From NCBI RefSeq assembly GCF_021028975.2, contig NC_059436.1, positions 34,286,001-34,350,000 of the forward strand: 64,000 nucleotides of DNA, given 5' to 3'. Both the position numbers and the translations under genes were made by a program. The DNA is from Sphaerodactylus townsendi (Eukaryota). Numbering within the stretch: the first letter of the stretch is position 1; each line of letters opens with the position of its first letter. The notes under the pieces are model-generated. The model was not told the DNA's origin, did no database searches, and saw nothing but the letters and a program-made list of their open reading frames with translations. Below are positions 38,180 to 50,411 of this stretch, one piece after another.

Positions 38180-40323
38180 ACACTACGTAATGAAAAGAAT
38201 CTAGGATTGAGAGAGAATTATGAGAAAAAAAAGAAAATGTCTTTTAGAAATGGAAGTCAGTTTGGCTGATGAGAAGAATATGAGAGGGAACTACAAATGG
38301 TGGCAGAAGAGGAAGCAAGTTGAAAGCTGTAAGGGGAGGCAAAAGGATTATGAGGAACGCATGGCTGCGAACATCAAGACCAGCAACAAACTGTTCTTCA
38401 AGTACATCAAAAGCAGGAAGCCAGCAAAGGGGAAGCGGTGGGCCCGTTGGTGACAAAGGAACAAGGTGTGTGTGCTAAAGATGGCAGAGGAGATTGCAGA
38501 AGCTGAATGAATTCTTTGCATCTGTCTTCACCCAAGAGGAGGTGAGGAACATTCCTGCACCTGAACCTTAAAGGCCCGAATCCGAGGAACTAAGCGAAGA
38601 TAGTGTGGTAGACAAGGGAAAGGGTTACTGGCAGCCATTGTTGATAAACTAGAATATTTACCAAATCCCTGGCCCAGATTGCATTCACCCAAAAGGTTCT
38701 TAAAGAGCTGAAGCATGTGAGTGCTGATCTTCTCACTTTAATATGCAACTTATCCCTGAAATCCAGGCTCCATCCTAAGAAGACTGGAAGATGGCCAATG
38801 TCACGCAATCTTTAGAGAAAGGATCTAGGGGACCCGAGAGTACAGGCCAGTCAGTTTGACATATTTCCTGAGAGTAGAATTAGTAGAATCTATCATTAAA
38901 ATGCATTGTAAAAACATGTAGAAAGAAAGCAAGACCTGAGAAAAGAGTCATGGCTGCAGAAACATAAATCATCTTACAAACTTGCTAGAGAGTTCTTTGA
39001 GGGTGTAAGCAGGCATGTGGACAGGGTGAACGATTGGACATTGTCTGCTTGGATTTCAAAAGGCTTTTGGACAAGTTCCTCACCAGGAACTGTTGAAAAC
39101 TCAGCAATGAAGGAATAGGAGGAAGTCCTCTATGGATTAAAAACTGGTTGAGAAAACAGGAAACAAAAGAGTGGGTGTAAATGGGAAGTTCTCACAATGG
39201 AGATGTGGGAGTGGTGTCCCCAAGGAAGGATCGTTTTGGGACCAGGGGTGTATATTTTAACCTATTCATAAATGACTGGAAGTAGGGGTGGGTAGCGTGG
39301 TGGCCAAGTTTGCAGATGATACCAAATTATGTAGGGTGGTGAGAACACAGGATTCTTGAAGAGCTCCCAGGGACCTTGATAAAATTAAGGGTGGGTAGAC
39401 AAAATGGCAATACAGGTTCCAGAAATGTGGCAAAATGTAAAGTGATGCATGGGAGACTAAAAAATCCCAAACTTCACACTTTGCGCTATAGAAGGGTCAA
39501 AGTGCTATCCAAGTCACAGACCAGGGAAGGGTTTAGAATGGTTTGAGTAGTTCAGGGAATGTCAGCTCAATGGCAGCTGTAAAAAAAGGCAAACATGCTA
39601 GGGGATAATTAGGAAGGAGTTGATAATACTGCAAAGTTTGTCATGCCACTGCTCTCAAGCAGTGGTCATGCACTTGGAGTACTGTGTCAGTTCTGGTCAT
39701 GCATCTCAAAAAAGGATATTGAGGAGATAGAAAAAGTGCAGAGAGAAGGGCAACAAGATGAATTGAGGGGACTGGAGCACCTTTTCCTATAAGGAGGCTG
39801 CGGGTGGGACTCTTTAGTTTGGAGAGGAGAGGCTGAGGGGGATATGATTGAAGTCTACAAAATTATCATAGGAGGTGAAAATGTTGACAGAAATTTTCTC
39901 TCTTTCTCCAGAAATACCAGAACGAGGGGGCATACATTGAAAATCCTGGGCGGTAAGAATTAGGACTAATAAAAGGAAACACTTGCCTATTTCATAGCGT
40001 GTGATTGGTGTTTAAGAATAATATGCCACAGGGAGGTGAGTGACCACCTGGATAGCAACAGCTTTAAGAAAGAAGGGGGCTTGGACAGATTTTATGGAGA
40101 GGTGAATTTATGGCTGCAATCAGTCCTCCCAACAGATGCTGAGATTGCAAATGCCTTAACAGACCAGGTGGGAGCTACAGCCTTGAAGGCCATTAAGGTT
40201 CGCATCCTACATGTGAGCTCCCAAAGGCACCTGGTGGATACACTGCACAAGTAGCAGAGAGCTGGACTAGATGGACTTTGGTCTGATCCAGCTGGCTTGT
40301 TCTTATGTTCTTATGTTCTTATG
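38180..40323 (+). mobile_element. 5'-truncated CR1 LINE of the same family, heavily frameshifted
   Basis: DYEERMAANIKTSNKLFFKYIKSRKP. Colinear with 35742-36986 from ~39090. (TTCTTATG)3 tail. Confidence 0.88.
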
Positions 40324-40589
40324 ATTCAAGAGACCTGGCTTTAAATCCAAATTCAGCCATGGAGTTTGCTGGATTATCTCAGTCCACTCTTTTTCTCTCA
40401 GCCTAGTGTTGCTGTAAAGATAAAACAGAGCTTGTGCAAACCATGTTTGCCACCATGAGATCCAGGTCAATTAAAGGTGAGGTAATTTCTTTAAAAGCAG
40501 TGGAAGAAGGAGAAAAGAAGATGAAAATGCAGCTAATGTTCTGTCATTTTTCCTTTCCTCGTTTCTCTCGGTTAGAAAAAGTTAATTCT

Positions 40590-40735
40590 GGCTCATTCAT
40601 ACATACTGCAGGAATAATGCACTTTCATTTAAGCTAAGCAAATTATGTTTGAAGCTATGCTTGAGTCATAAAATCTTGCAAACAGTTGTGAAAGTGGTTT
40701 TGGCTTACATTATTTTTCGCGTGTGCGGGAAAGGA
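40590..40735. mobile_element. Degenerate palindromic MITE-like repeat (also a half copy at ~38058-38175)
   Basis: Shared gcagaataatgcactttc terminus with loose inverted symmetry. Confidence 0.45.
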
Positions 40736-41039
40736 GACCTCCTGATAATAAGAATAAAGATCTGCTTTTCCCACCAAAAGGTCATTCAGATCCCGCTTTC
40801 GAGCGGACAACGTCTCAGCGAATACCTCAGCCTCTTGTTTTGTCATGCGTAATACTGGTACTCAAAGGTGGAGCTACCTCAAATGACTGTGGTTTAACGG
40901 CGTGCCTGACAACATTTGTCATAAAATCGCAAATAAAGAAGCCCTGCTTTCGGATCAGGGCCAGGTGAAATCATACAGAGCTGGCTGTACCTAATGAGTC
41001 GATGCTGGCTTTTCCAGCTCCCCTCTGACCATTGCACTT

Positions 41040-41180
41040 AGGTGTCAAACTAGCGGCCCTCAAGAATGTTGTGGACTACAGTTTGGCATCATCCCCTGCC
41101 AGCCAGAAGGCTGGTGCGGAATGATGGGAACTATAATCCTGCTATCCTGAAGAAACTCTTACCGAGACTGACACCTGCCC
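41040..41180. mobile_element. Degenerate hAT MITE of the ggactaca..ccca family
   Basis: ggtgtcaaac...gactgacacc termini. Core resembles the 8845 and 22659 elements. Confidence 0.55.
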
Positions 41181-41509
41181 TGTCCACCCTCAAAGTGTCG
41201 GGTTCTTTGGAGTTCTGCGCCTTCTGGGCTTTTGGGTGGCAGGCTATGTAGGGACTCCTAAGGAGGAAGTGATGGAAATTAGCTCCAGCTCTTTAATATG
41301 TCTGCATGTCTAGGAATACATCTGGTTTAAAGATGCAGGAGCTGATCCTGAAGGAAGACTATCAAACTTCGAATGGTTTGCAGCTTTTTTTATCGCATGC
41401 GTTCAAGATACATCTTTTGCTCCTCGCCATAACTGACAAATGGCCCGCACTGCTGTTCACTAAAATGCTCCAAATCCCGTTTTACTCCAAGATGACCTTT
41501 GCCTTTTCC

Positions 41510-41610
41510 CAGTGGTGGGATTCAGCAGGTTTGCACCACTTCAGCAAAACCGGTTGTTAAAATGGTGCTTGTAAACAACCGGTTGTTAAATTATTTGAAT
41601 CCCATCACTG
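41510..41610. mobile_element. hAT MITE, 101 bp
   Basis: TIR CAGTGGTGGGATTCA / TGAATCCCATCACTG. Perfect 8-bp TSD CCTTTTCC. Confidence 0.85.
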
Positions 41611-43119
41611 CCTTTTCCTGTTGTAGTTCTGTCCTTAAAAGTACAGGCACTTCATGGGCAAAGACCCAGTTAATTAACAAACATTGCTTTGGGCATAAGA
41701 GATCAGTGAGGCATATTTTCCATGGCTCTGTTCTTCTGTTTCTTTATTCACAACTTTCTTGAGAAAATCAACCTTTACAAGGAATGGAGCCGGGGAGGAA
41801 CCTTAACAACCATAATGGGGAAACCCAAGATGTTGTTTTGCAAAAATTTTCCAAAATCTGTATTCTTCACAGAGTGTCCCAATTAAACATAACAGTTTAG
41901 CCTTTCTTGACTTTCTTAGAAAGAATAGAGTTTACCAAATATAGATGTGTGGCACAAAGGGGCTTCACAGGGAGAGTTGTTTGTGTTCGAGCTCTTGTCA
42001 TCACATGCGTGCAAAAAAAACAAGGATGTAAAGGGCAAACAAATTTTGCAAAACAATTACCTGTCGCAATGATACCAGATTGCTGCTTGACACTGAGATG
42101 AATCTATCAAAACGTTCAGTGATTACTTTGTTAGGTCAAATGTTAATGAGTGAATGCCAGTTGAAATTCCATTGGTAAGTGCTGTTTGTTTCTTGGAGTT
42201 TGGTATCCCTTGGGGGGGTGTCAAAACTTCAGTTGCTGGAGCAGCCGTTTGGGATTTGGATTTCCTGGCCTCACAACTGCCCTTGCGTCATTGCAATTCA
42301 ATCCCAGTTGCTGCAGGAGCTAGCATCTGCTTGTTGCATTTTAATCCCACCCTTCCTCTGCAAAGCTCAGAGCAACATAGGTCTTATTCCTTCTCTCTCT
42401 TAAGAGGTCAGCCTGGTTACCTTTATGACCTTTGCAGGGATTTTGGCTCATTCAAAGCCCATAGAGACCAAAAGTCTGTCTAATGTGGTGTAGTGGTTTG
42501 GGTTTGGGGCTAGGATCAGGGGGAACTGGGTTTGAATCTCCCACTTACGCCACTGGCTGCGCTTTCGGTGACCTTGAGGCCGGAAGTGTACTCTCTTTCA
42601 CCCCTAATTTATCTCCTGATGTCACTGTGAGGGATATAGGAGATAACAGTGTCAGCCACTGGAGAGAAAGAAATACATGAAGTAAACAAACCCTGCTTCC
42701 CACCACGGCCAAGCAAAATATGGCACACTACTTGGCACCCTCAGCAACTGATAGTCAAAGGTATAAGAACATAAGAAGAGCCCTGCTGGATCGGAGGCAC
42801 TTAAAAAAGGTTGCGAAGGTGAAGGAGCTGGAGCACAAAACCTCAAGTGGTAGTGGGAGAAGGAATGGAAGGTTACCACCAGCCAGCGCTTCTCAGCAGT
42901 TGAGACCAGCTTACGTTTAGGAGAGAAATCCTCCTCTTAACGCTAAACACACTCCAAGATGACACTTTTCGCTTTCCTTGCTCCTTAGCGCGTCTACTGT
43001 GGCACAGTGCAGGAATGCCGCAAAGCCAGAAGGCTGGTCTCTTTTGCTTTGCCTAAAAAAATCCAACCCCACTCCCTATTTGTGTTTCTTTTCCCCTCCC
43101 GTTCTGCCCCACAGTGGGT

Positions 43120-43300
43120 AGAAAGTGTATGTGTGTTAAGTGCTGCCAGATCACAACTGATGTTTGGCAACCCCAGCAAGGGGCCTTCAAGGCAAGTGGT
43201 TTGCTCTTTCATGTTTTGATGAGTCTTCCTTGATGCTCTCCCTTCCAAGTACTGACCCAGCAATCTTCCGAGATCTGAGGAGATAGGGCCGTACCATGAC
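43120..43300 (-). mobile_element. 5S rRNA-derived SINE with RTE/BovB-like tail
   Basis: Minus strand GCCCTATCTCCTCAGATCTCGGAAG..GGGTCAGTACTTGGAAGGGAGA resembles the 5S internal promoter region. It is followed by a caaaccac-ttgccttgaa tail and (CA)n. Confidence 0.65.
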
Positions 43301-43960
43301 ATCTTCCCTCCTCAAAAGGTGCCTGATGGAGAAACTGGATGGAAATATTTCTTCTTCAAATAGTAGAATGTAGAGGCACCCATCAAAGCTGATGGGCAGA
43401 AGTTATGACAGGCAGAAGGAAGTACATTCAATAATCATTAATTAACCTCTGGAAATTACTGCCATACGTTTTAGGTGTATCGGCCATTATCTAAACCAAA
43501 CAAGACACCCGGAGGAATTCCATGCATGAAGTTCCCTGTGCTTGCTTACTTTTAAATATCAGATATATTTTACCCTGATTTGGATCAAGAACATATTGTG
43601 TGTATAGGAAGGATTCTCTTTATGCCATTTGCCCAACATTAAATGACCCCATGAGGTTATTTGCCCCTTTGGGTCAGCAAACATACAAGTCCAATATCCC
43701 AGAACCTCTCAAAAGAGGGGCATCACAGAAATCTTTTGAATTGACAAACAGTTTAATAAGCAAACACTGCTATTTGTTGTTGTTTTGATATTTTCACTGT
43801 AACTTTGGACAGCCCGAACCATCTCAACAAAAGAAGTTTGTGTCCCTTCACCTCTCTGATAGGACAGATAAAATCTGCCCTGCCAGATGTCTCAAATGGG
43901 GTGGGTCTCTCTTGCTTTATATTACAAAAGCACCAACTGCTGGCACTGCAGACCAACTGG

Positions 43961-44290
43961 GAAGAAGGAGAAGAAGAGGAGGAGGAGTTTGGATTTATAC
44001 CCCACCTTTCTCTCCTGTAAGGAGACTCAAAGTGACTTACAAGCTCCTTTCCCTTCCTCTCCCCACAACAGACACCTTATGAGATTAGGTGCTTGGGCTG
44101 AGAGAAGGTTCTCCAGAGAAGAGCTGTGGTGTAGCCAAAGGTCACCCCAGCAGCAGCAATGTAGGAGTGCAGAAACACACCTCTGGTTCTGGCTAAGTCT
44201 CTGCCACTCCAGGTCAGGAGGTGGAGAATCAAACCGGTTCTGCCAGATTAAAAATCCACCTGCTCTTAATCCCGCCCGACCTGCGCTTTG
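43961..44290 (-). mobile_element. Squam3-like SINE
   Basis: Shared body with a GAA/GGA tail. Confidence 0.7.
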
Positions 44291-45550
44291 GCTCTCAAAG
44301 GAACAAGTGGAACAAGAGCTCCAGAGACCAGAAGAAGAGACAGGCGACAGAGGCCCGAACTGACCTCAGCTGCTGATCAGGGGCTGAGGGGTTGGAGGGT
44401 TGCTGGTAAGAAAACAAGTTACACAAAAAAATGTCCGTGTGGGAGGATGAAGGGGTTAACACTTAGAGCGAGGTGTTGGAAAGCACAGTAGCACAAACAG
44501 CGGCCAGCAAAACATTCCTCTTGCTTGTTCATATAGTTCTGGCTGAACTTTTGCGACCTGCTCACTCATCACCTCCCATTCAGATCTCCTGGTGCATCCT
44601 GCTGTTTGGGAGAGGGACAGGAAGGCCCTAGAATGGGTCGTTAGGAGGTAAGAGGCAGGTTTGGAAGAAAAAAAGCAAAAAATGGAATAGAGAGCACTTG
44701 GCATTAAAGATCCTGGGTTCTTGAGCTTGCCGTTTCCCCCCAAGTTAAAAACTGGAATTCCAGCCATGCGCTCAGGTGTCAACCATTGCGTCAATGTTTG
44801 CAGAAGCACACATGTTGCTTAGGCCATTTTCCTAAGCAAGCTCAGAAGCTTTCTGTGGCTTCCTCTGTGCCCATGGAAGACACCAGCGGCTACCGCTGGG
44901 CTTCCCTGAGGTCTGACTGCTCACCAGACTGCTGGCCTAAATACACCATTGGTCTGATTTGGCAGGACTTTTTTTTTGGCAATCTGGAGTTAGAAGAGAG
45001 GGTTGGGTGCATTCTAGCAACCAAATTAGATTTCTCTGGGGAGGATGCACCTTGCATAAATACAGAATGAATTCTGAGATACTCTTGGAATTCGCTGCCA
45101 TGATGGGTGGCAGCCTGTCTTTTGTTTGGGGACAGGGGCTGGGACTTTACAAGCACCCCGTCTCAAAGAGTCAACCATCTGCAATGTGACATAAGTGAGA
45201 TAGCGAAGAAAGGACAGGTATGCAGAGAGAAACAGGAAGAATCTGCACTCATTCTAATTGTGCACAGCAAGCTCAGAAAAGTAATCCTAAGCAGGTTGAC
45301 TCAGAAGTAAACCCCATTTTATTTAAGAGGACTTACTTCCAGGGAAGTGTTCTTAGGATTGCAGCTTTAGCTTCAATATTGAGCTGGTGTGGTGTAGTGG
45401 TTACAGTGTTGGACTAAACGCCAGGAGATCTGAATTCAAATTGAAACTAGATGACCTTAAGGCAGTCACTCTCGAGCTGTATATTTGATCAATGCTGTAA
45501 GCCAACTTGAGCTCTGTGAGGAAGAATGGCAGCTAATAAATGCTTTAAAC

Positions 45551-45632
45551 CAGCGTTTCCCAAATGGCAGGTCATGACCCAGCACCGGGTCACAAAAGCA
45601 AAATGCTTTCCCAAAAAGTTTGGGAAACGCTG
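45551..45632. mobile_element. hAT MITE, 82 bp, abutting a half-MITE at 45641-45704
   Basis: TIR CAGCGTTTCCCAAA / TTTGGGAAACGCTG. TSD CTTTAAAC / CTCTAAAC. Confidence 0.8.
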
Positions 45633-46970
45633 CTCTAAACCAAGGGTGTGCAACTCTGATCCTCCAGGTGTTCATGGACTACAATTCCCATCAGCCCCTG
45701 CCAACATATACCAATCGGAGCCCTTTGGCTAATAAAACAATAATAATTTGGATCTGAAAAGTATAGGCCAAATCTGCAAGGGGATTGGAACTCTGAACCT
45801 GCGGGGAAGCACATTAACTAAGGTGGAGAGTGAGTTTATAAATAATATACAATCCATACAAATTCCCTGCGTAGGAGGGAGTGTCAGCTGCCCTGATTTT
45901 AGTGACTGATTCTGTACTTGGCCATGCCCTGCTACTTACTTGCACCCAAGACTCTGCTTAGTCCTTTGCTTCGGACCTAATCCCTGTTCGGTTACACACC
46001 ACATCCTGATCCTATATTTTGGCTGCTATAATTCCATACTGTATGGAGGTGGCTGCTTCTATCTATCACATTTTAATCTCACGTCCCAACAAAGCATGTA
46101 TTGTTCTTCCTTCTATTTCATACAACCCTGAGAGATAAGCTAGTTGGAGAAAGAGTGTGTGTGCCTGGCCCAAAGGCACTTAGCTTCATAACTGAGAGGG
46201 GGGGGGGGTCGAATCTGTGTCTCCCCAGTCCTAGTCTTACATGCTAATACTACTCAACCCCATAGTAGGGTTTGAGAGACGAGATCTTTTGGATCCTATC
46301 CGGATTGAGGTCCCGTGATGCAAGAATGTGCACACTAGTTGACTCTGGGAATGGCCCTTCCTATTTTCCTTCCATCTGTTCCTTCTCCTCCTACAGCTTG
46401 AACCAACAGAGGGCCCGCTGAGAATTCAACATCTCTTATATAAGTAAACCCTTCTTCCTCTGACAACTGACCTTGCATTTAGGGAAGGAGCAGAACAATG
46501 TGTTTTGAGACTGTAAAAGAAAACTCTGTTGCTGCGATGGTGGGAGCAAAGCCAGGAAAAGAGGGAAATGGACAGTTGAGGTTATGCATGAAAACTTTCA
46601 CTCGCACACATCCGCCTTTGCAGTGGACATCGTACAAGCACAATCATTTCATAGTAGAGAACAGATACGTGCACGAAGCCCCACCAGGTCTCATATGGGG
46701 GATAATTGTGCCCCAGAGCCCCACAACTGCAAACCAGCAGGGTTGTGCTCCGTTCATTGCCCCTGTATCCCCTGACTTGACTTTTGTCCGTCCTGAGGGG
46801 CAGTGTCATTAATTCTGGGGCCCTGGCCAAAAAGTCCAGAATGGGCCCCCAGAATCATTGCCCCTTGGCCCCCGAAAACGGTTGGTACAGCCCCTTGGCA
46901 TATAGATGTGACTTGGATTATGGTAGGAATGTGGGAGTGTATGATGTGGAGTGATTCAAACCTTAGTAGA

Positions 46971-47054
46971 GAAGAAGAAGAAGAAGAAGAAGAAGAAGAA
47001 GAAGAAGAAGAAGAAGAAGAAGAAGAAGAAGAAGAAGAAGAAGAAGAAGAAGAA
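46971..47054. repeat. (GAA)~28 microsatellite, the expanded tail of a SINE
   Basis: Uninterrupted 84-nt GAA run. Confidence 0.95.
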
Positions 47055-47344
47055 GAGTTTAGATTTATATCCCCCCTTTCTCTCCTGCAGGAGACTCAAA
47101 GGGGCTTACAATCTCCTTGCCCTTCCCCCCTCACAACAAACACCCTGTGAGGTAGGTGGGGCTGAGAGAGCTCCGAGAAGCTGTGACTAGCCCAAGGCCA
47201 CCCAGCTGGCATGTGTGGGAGTGTACAGGCTAATCTGAATTCCCCAGATAAGCCTCCACAGCTCAGGCAGCAGAACTGGGAATCAAACCCGGTTCTTCCA
47301 GATTAGATACACGAACTCTTAACCTCCTACACCACGGCTGCTCA
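46971..47344 (-). mobile_element. Squam3-like SINE inserted into the left duplication of a Sauria SINE
   Basis: Flanked by TAGAG (46967-46971 / 47345-47349). Confidence 0.8.
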
Positions 47345-47358
47345 TAGAGGATGTGCAA

Positions 47359-47653
47359 GAGCTGCATGGTGTAGTGGTTAAGTGCTTGCACTGCCACTCA
47401 CACGGTCAGGAGTTTGAGTCCCTGTGGGTCAGCTATCCTGGCAGCTGGCTCATGGTCAACTCAGCCATCCATTCATTCCTTCGTCGGTAAATGAGACCTA
47501 GCTCATAGCTAGGGGGGGTAAAGAATAGCCGGGCAAACTACCCAACAAAAGCAATGGCAAACTACCCCACAAAAGAGGATTGCTTGTAAAATCACTGCTC
47601 GCAGTGGTACCCCAGGGTCGGACACGACTGAAGGGGAAACATTACCTTTTTAT
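47359..47653 (+). mobile_element. Sauria-type SINE
   Basis: tRNA-like head TGGTGTAGTGGTTAAG, core tcaactcagccatccat...cggtaaatgag, and BovB-like end gtcggacacgactgaaggggaa...accttt. Confidence 0.75.
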
Positions 47654-48336
47654 GAATGTGGCAGTGTATGATGTGGAGTGATTCAAACCTTAGTAGAGGG
47701 TGTGCAACTTTTCCAGTCCCTTATTCACAAGTTCGCTGCAGTAAAATTTCTGGATGGCAACCCAATAGATGCTTGTGGTGCTAGAACCAGATTTTTGGAC
47801 CAGGCACCACTAGATGTCATCTTACAAGGGACAGTCTCCAGAGCGTGAGAATGTGAGAATCGGGGTGATTTTTTTTCTGGGTGCAGCTGGGCCCCAATCT
47901 CTGCATATGCATTTGTCCTGGGGGCACCCCTCTTTGGAGAAGCTGGTACAAGAACTGGACTTTGGACCAGGAAACAACACACATCCCCTTGGAAGGCAGA
48001 GCCCCTGAATGTAGAGGCGGAGGTGTTTGATTTGTGTTATTTGTGGGTTCAGAGCTTTTAAATTGTTCTCAGTATTTGTCAGATTCACAAATAAGGAACT
48101 AGGAAATGTGAATAAGGAACTGGGAACTGGGAGCCCACTAACTTCAGCCTCATAGAGTAGGGTGGTAAGTAGCTGAGACTCCCAACAGAGTCCTGCTGTG
48201 GCTCTTGACAAATGTTTATGCATTTGTATTTTCTTTTTAAAAATCTGGAATTTGCAAGCAGGCAATTCTCCCCTTCTAGGCACAACTTTGCCACCTTTTG
48301 TTATAAAGGTATCTGTAAAATAAGTGTGCACTCAAT

Positions 48337-48376
48337 GCATCTGATGAAGTGAAATCTGACTCACGGAAGCTTATGC
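48337..48376 (+). ncRNA. Minimal type-I hammerhead ribozyme motif (PLE-associated, family 2) with one core substitution
   Basis: GCAT-CTGATGA-A-GTGA[aatctgac]TCAC-GGAA-GC-TT-ATGC. Stems I and II pair perfectly; GAAA is changed to GGAA. Confidence 0.65.
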
Positions 48377-50104
48377 TGGGATACGTTTTGCTAATCATTA
48401 ATGTTCTGCTGGATTTTGGATTAATTTTGAAGAGACTAAGGAACACCCCCCCCCCCCGCCGAAATTATTATAAATTCACCCATAGTAGCGTCTGGGGTCG
48501 AGGCTGTCTCCGATCACCCAGCAGTCTTCCCCAGCCCCCTCCCTTGCTGGGACAGCTGTCCAGGGACCACAGGATGTCCCGCAATTGGCAAACCTGCCCC
48601 TGGACTTACCAGCAAACACAGAAATTTACCTGAAGCCAGAAGAAGCTGCAGGGAACTGGCTGGATTACCTGGGCAGTAGGTGAGGCTGGCACAGCCCCAA
48701 CCCAGCAGCAATCCACAAGCCTCACTATTTCCACAGAACAAGGCAGGGCCAGCGCAGCCTAAGCCAGGCTGCAATCAGGGAGGAGGGCCCAGAACCCTGA
48801 GAGGCCAATCCTGAGCCAGCAGGACTTGACAGACAGTCTGCTGATCACTAATACTCTGGAATAGGGAGCCCAAAGGTGAGAGGAACCTTTTTGGGAGGGA
48901 TAAAAGGGACACAGGGGAGGTGGCTGGGGATGAGGATAAAAAGGCAAAAGATGAGAAGTGTGTGAATGAGTGCTGTGAACTGTTTCCTGTTAAAGTCTGC
49001 CTGCTGGAAATTGTTAATCTCCGTGTACTTCTTTGCTCTGAGAGCAGTTCACTAGGGTGCTGGCCTGCCTTGCAAGGATGGTGGGGAGGAAAGATGCCCA
49101 CTGTAGCCATATGAATCCTCCATGAATACAGCCAGTATCAGCAAGAGGACAAACTGCTCCTTCCAGGCCTGTCTGTCGGGGGCATCTGGCTAGCTTTTTG
49201 TCTTGATCCTGGCAGGGCGATTCTGATGGGAAAAAGCTCCAGACAAAGCCTTCCCAGGCTCTGCCTTCTTCGCTGCAGGCGCAATTTGTCAAATGCCTCT
49301 CCTGTTGTCTGAGTGGTCAATACATTGAGACCCATTGTCTTCCTGTCCTGACAGTCATGCCCCTTTGGACCTTTGTCCAGGGCTAGAAGCCAACTGAGGG
49401 ACAGACTGCACAAGACAGGGACGTTTTAGTCAGCGACAAATTCCTTCCACAAAAGCCAAATCCAGTGAATTGGGGATATGTGGTTGGCAAGCTAATTATG
49501 GAAGATCAAGCAACAAACCAAGATATTATGGAGAAAAGGCTATAATTAGTCATTTCCTTATCCATCAGCTGTGGATGGGAGGGAATATTTAATTTGCACA
49601 AAGGCAATTTTGTTCTCCTTTCCTATTGGGCAGAATCGGGCTCTTTGATACTGTTTAGATGTGCATCTTGTGTTCCAGTGTGAAATGATGCAGAAAGTTT
49701 TTTGGCTTGGAGGTTGAATGAGTTCTTAAAATAGGTCCTTAACTGGTCAGCTGAACTGTATGAGTTTCACCCTCTGCTCAGGTTTTCATGGGAGGTTTTG
49801 CTCCTCATTTTCCACTGAAGTGTGACAACTTGCTGTGACAAGCAGGGCCTTCTCAGTTGTAGCACCCCACTGGAGAATTCTCTACCCAAGAGGCCCAGAA
49901 AGAAATTGGAATTGATTCTCCTGTTCTATTCTTTTCAGTATCCCTGTAGGTGCTTTAGGGAACCGGTACAGCATGATGGCTGAAAAATGCGGTTGTGATC
50001 TGGGAGGCTTCCATTTCGAAAGCTGTTTCTGCCACCAACCTATGAGGTAATTCCCAGTAAGCCCACTGACCTATGAGGTAATTCTCTGAGCCTCACATAT
50101 TGGC

Positions 50105-50411
50105 AATAAAGGTAAAGGTAGTCTCCTGTACAAGCACTGGGCCATTGCTGGCACATGGGGTGGCAAGACATCCTAACATTTACCAGGTACACTGTTTAGA
50201 GTGTTGTTTGCCATTGCTTTTCCCAGTTGTCTGCACTTCACCCCAGCAAGGTGATTACTCAAAAGCCAAATTACTCATTTTAATGACCTCAGAAGGATGG
50301 AAGGTTGTGTCATTCTTGAGTTGGCTACCTGAAACTGTCTTTCATCAGGACTGATCCCAGATCTTGAACAGAGCTTTGACTGCAGCTCATCAGCCTGCAC
50401 CAGTGGGCTCC
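50105..50411 (-). mobile_element. Sauria SINE (degenerate)
   Basis: AAAGGTAAAGGT (the ACCTTT tail), tactcattttaatgacctcagaaggatggaagg core and tRNA-like head. Confidence 0.7.

Noticed and set aside
43236-43297. Possible 5S rRNA gene
   Set aside because: Partial, internally deleted and fused to a retroposon tail.
46803-47190. Poly-Glu / poly-Lys ORFs
   Set aside because: These are translations of the (GAA)n microsatellite and SINE.
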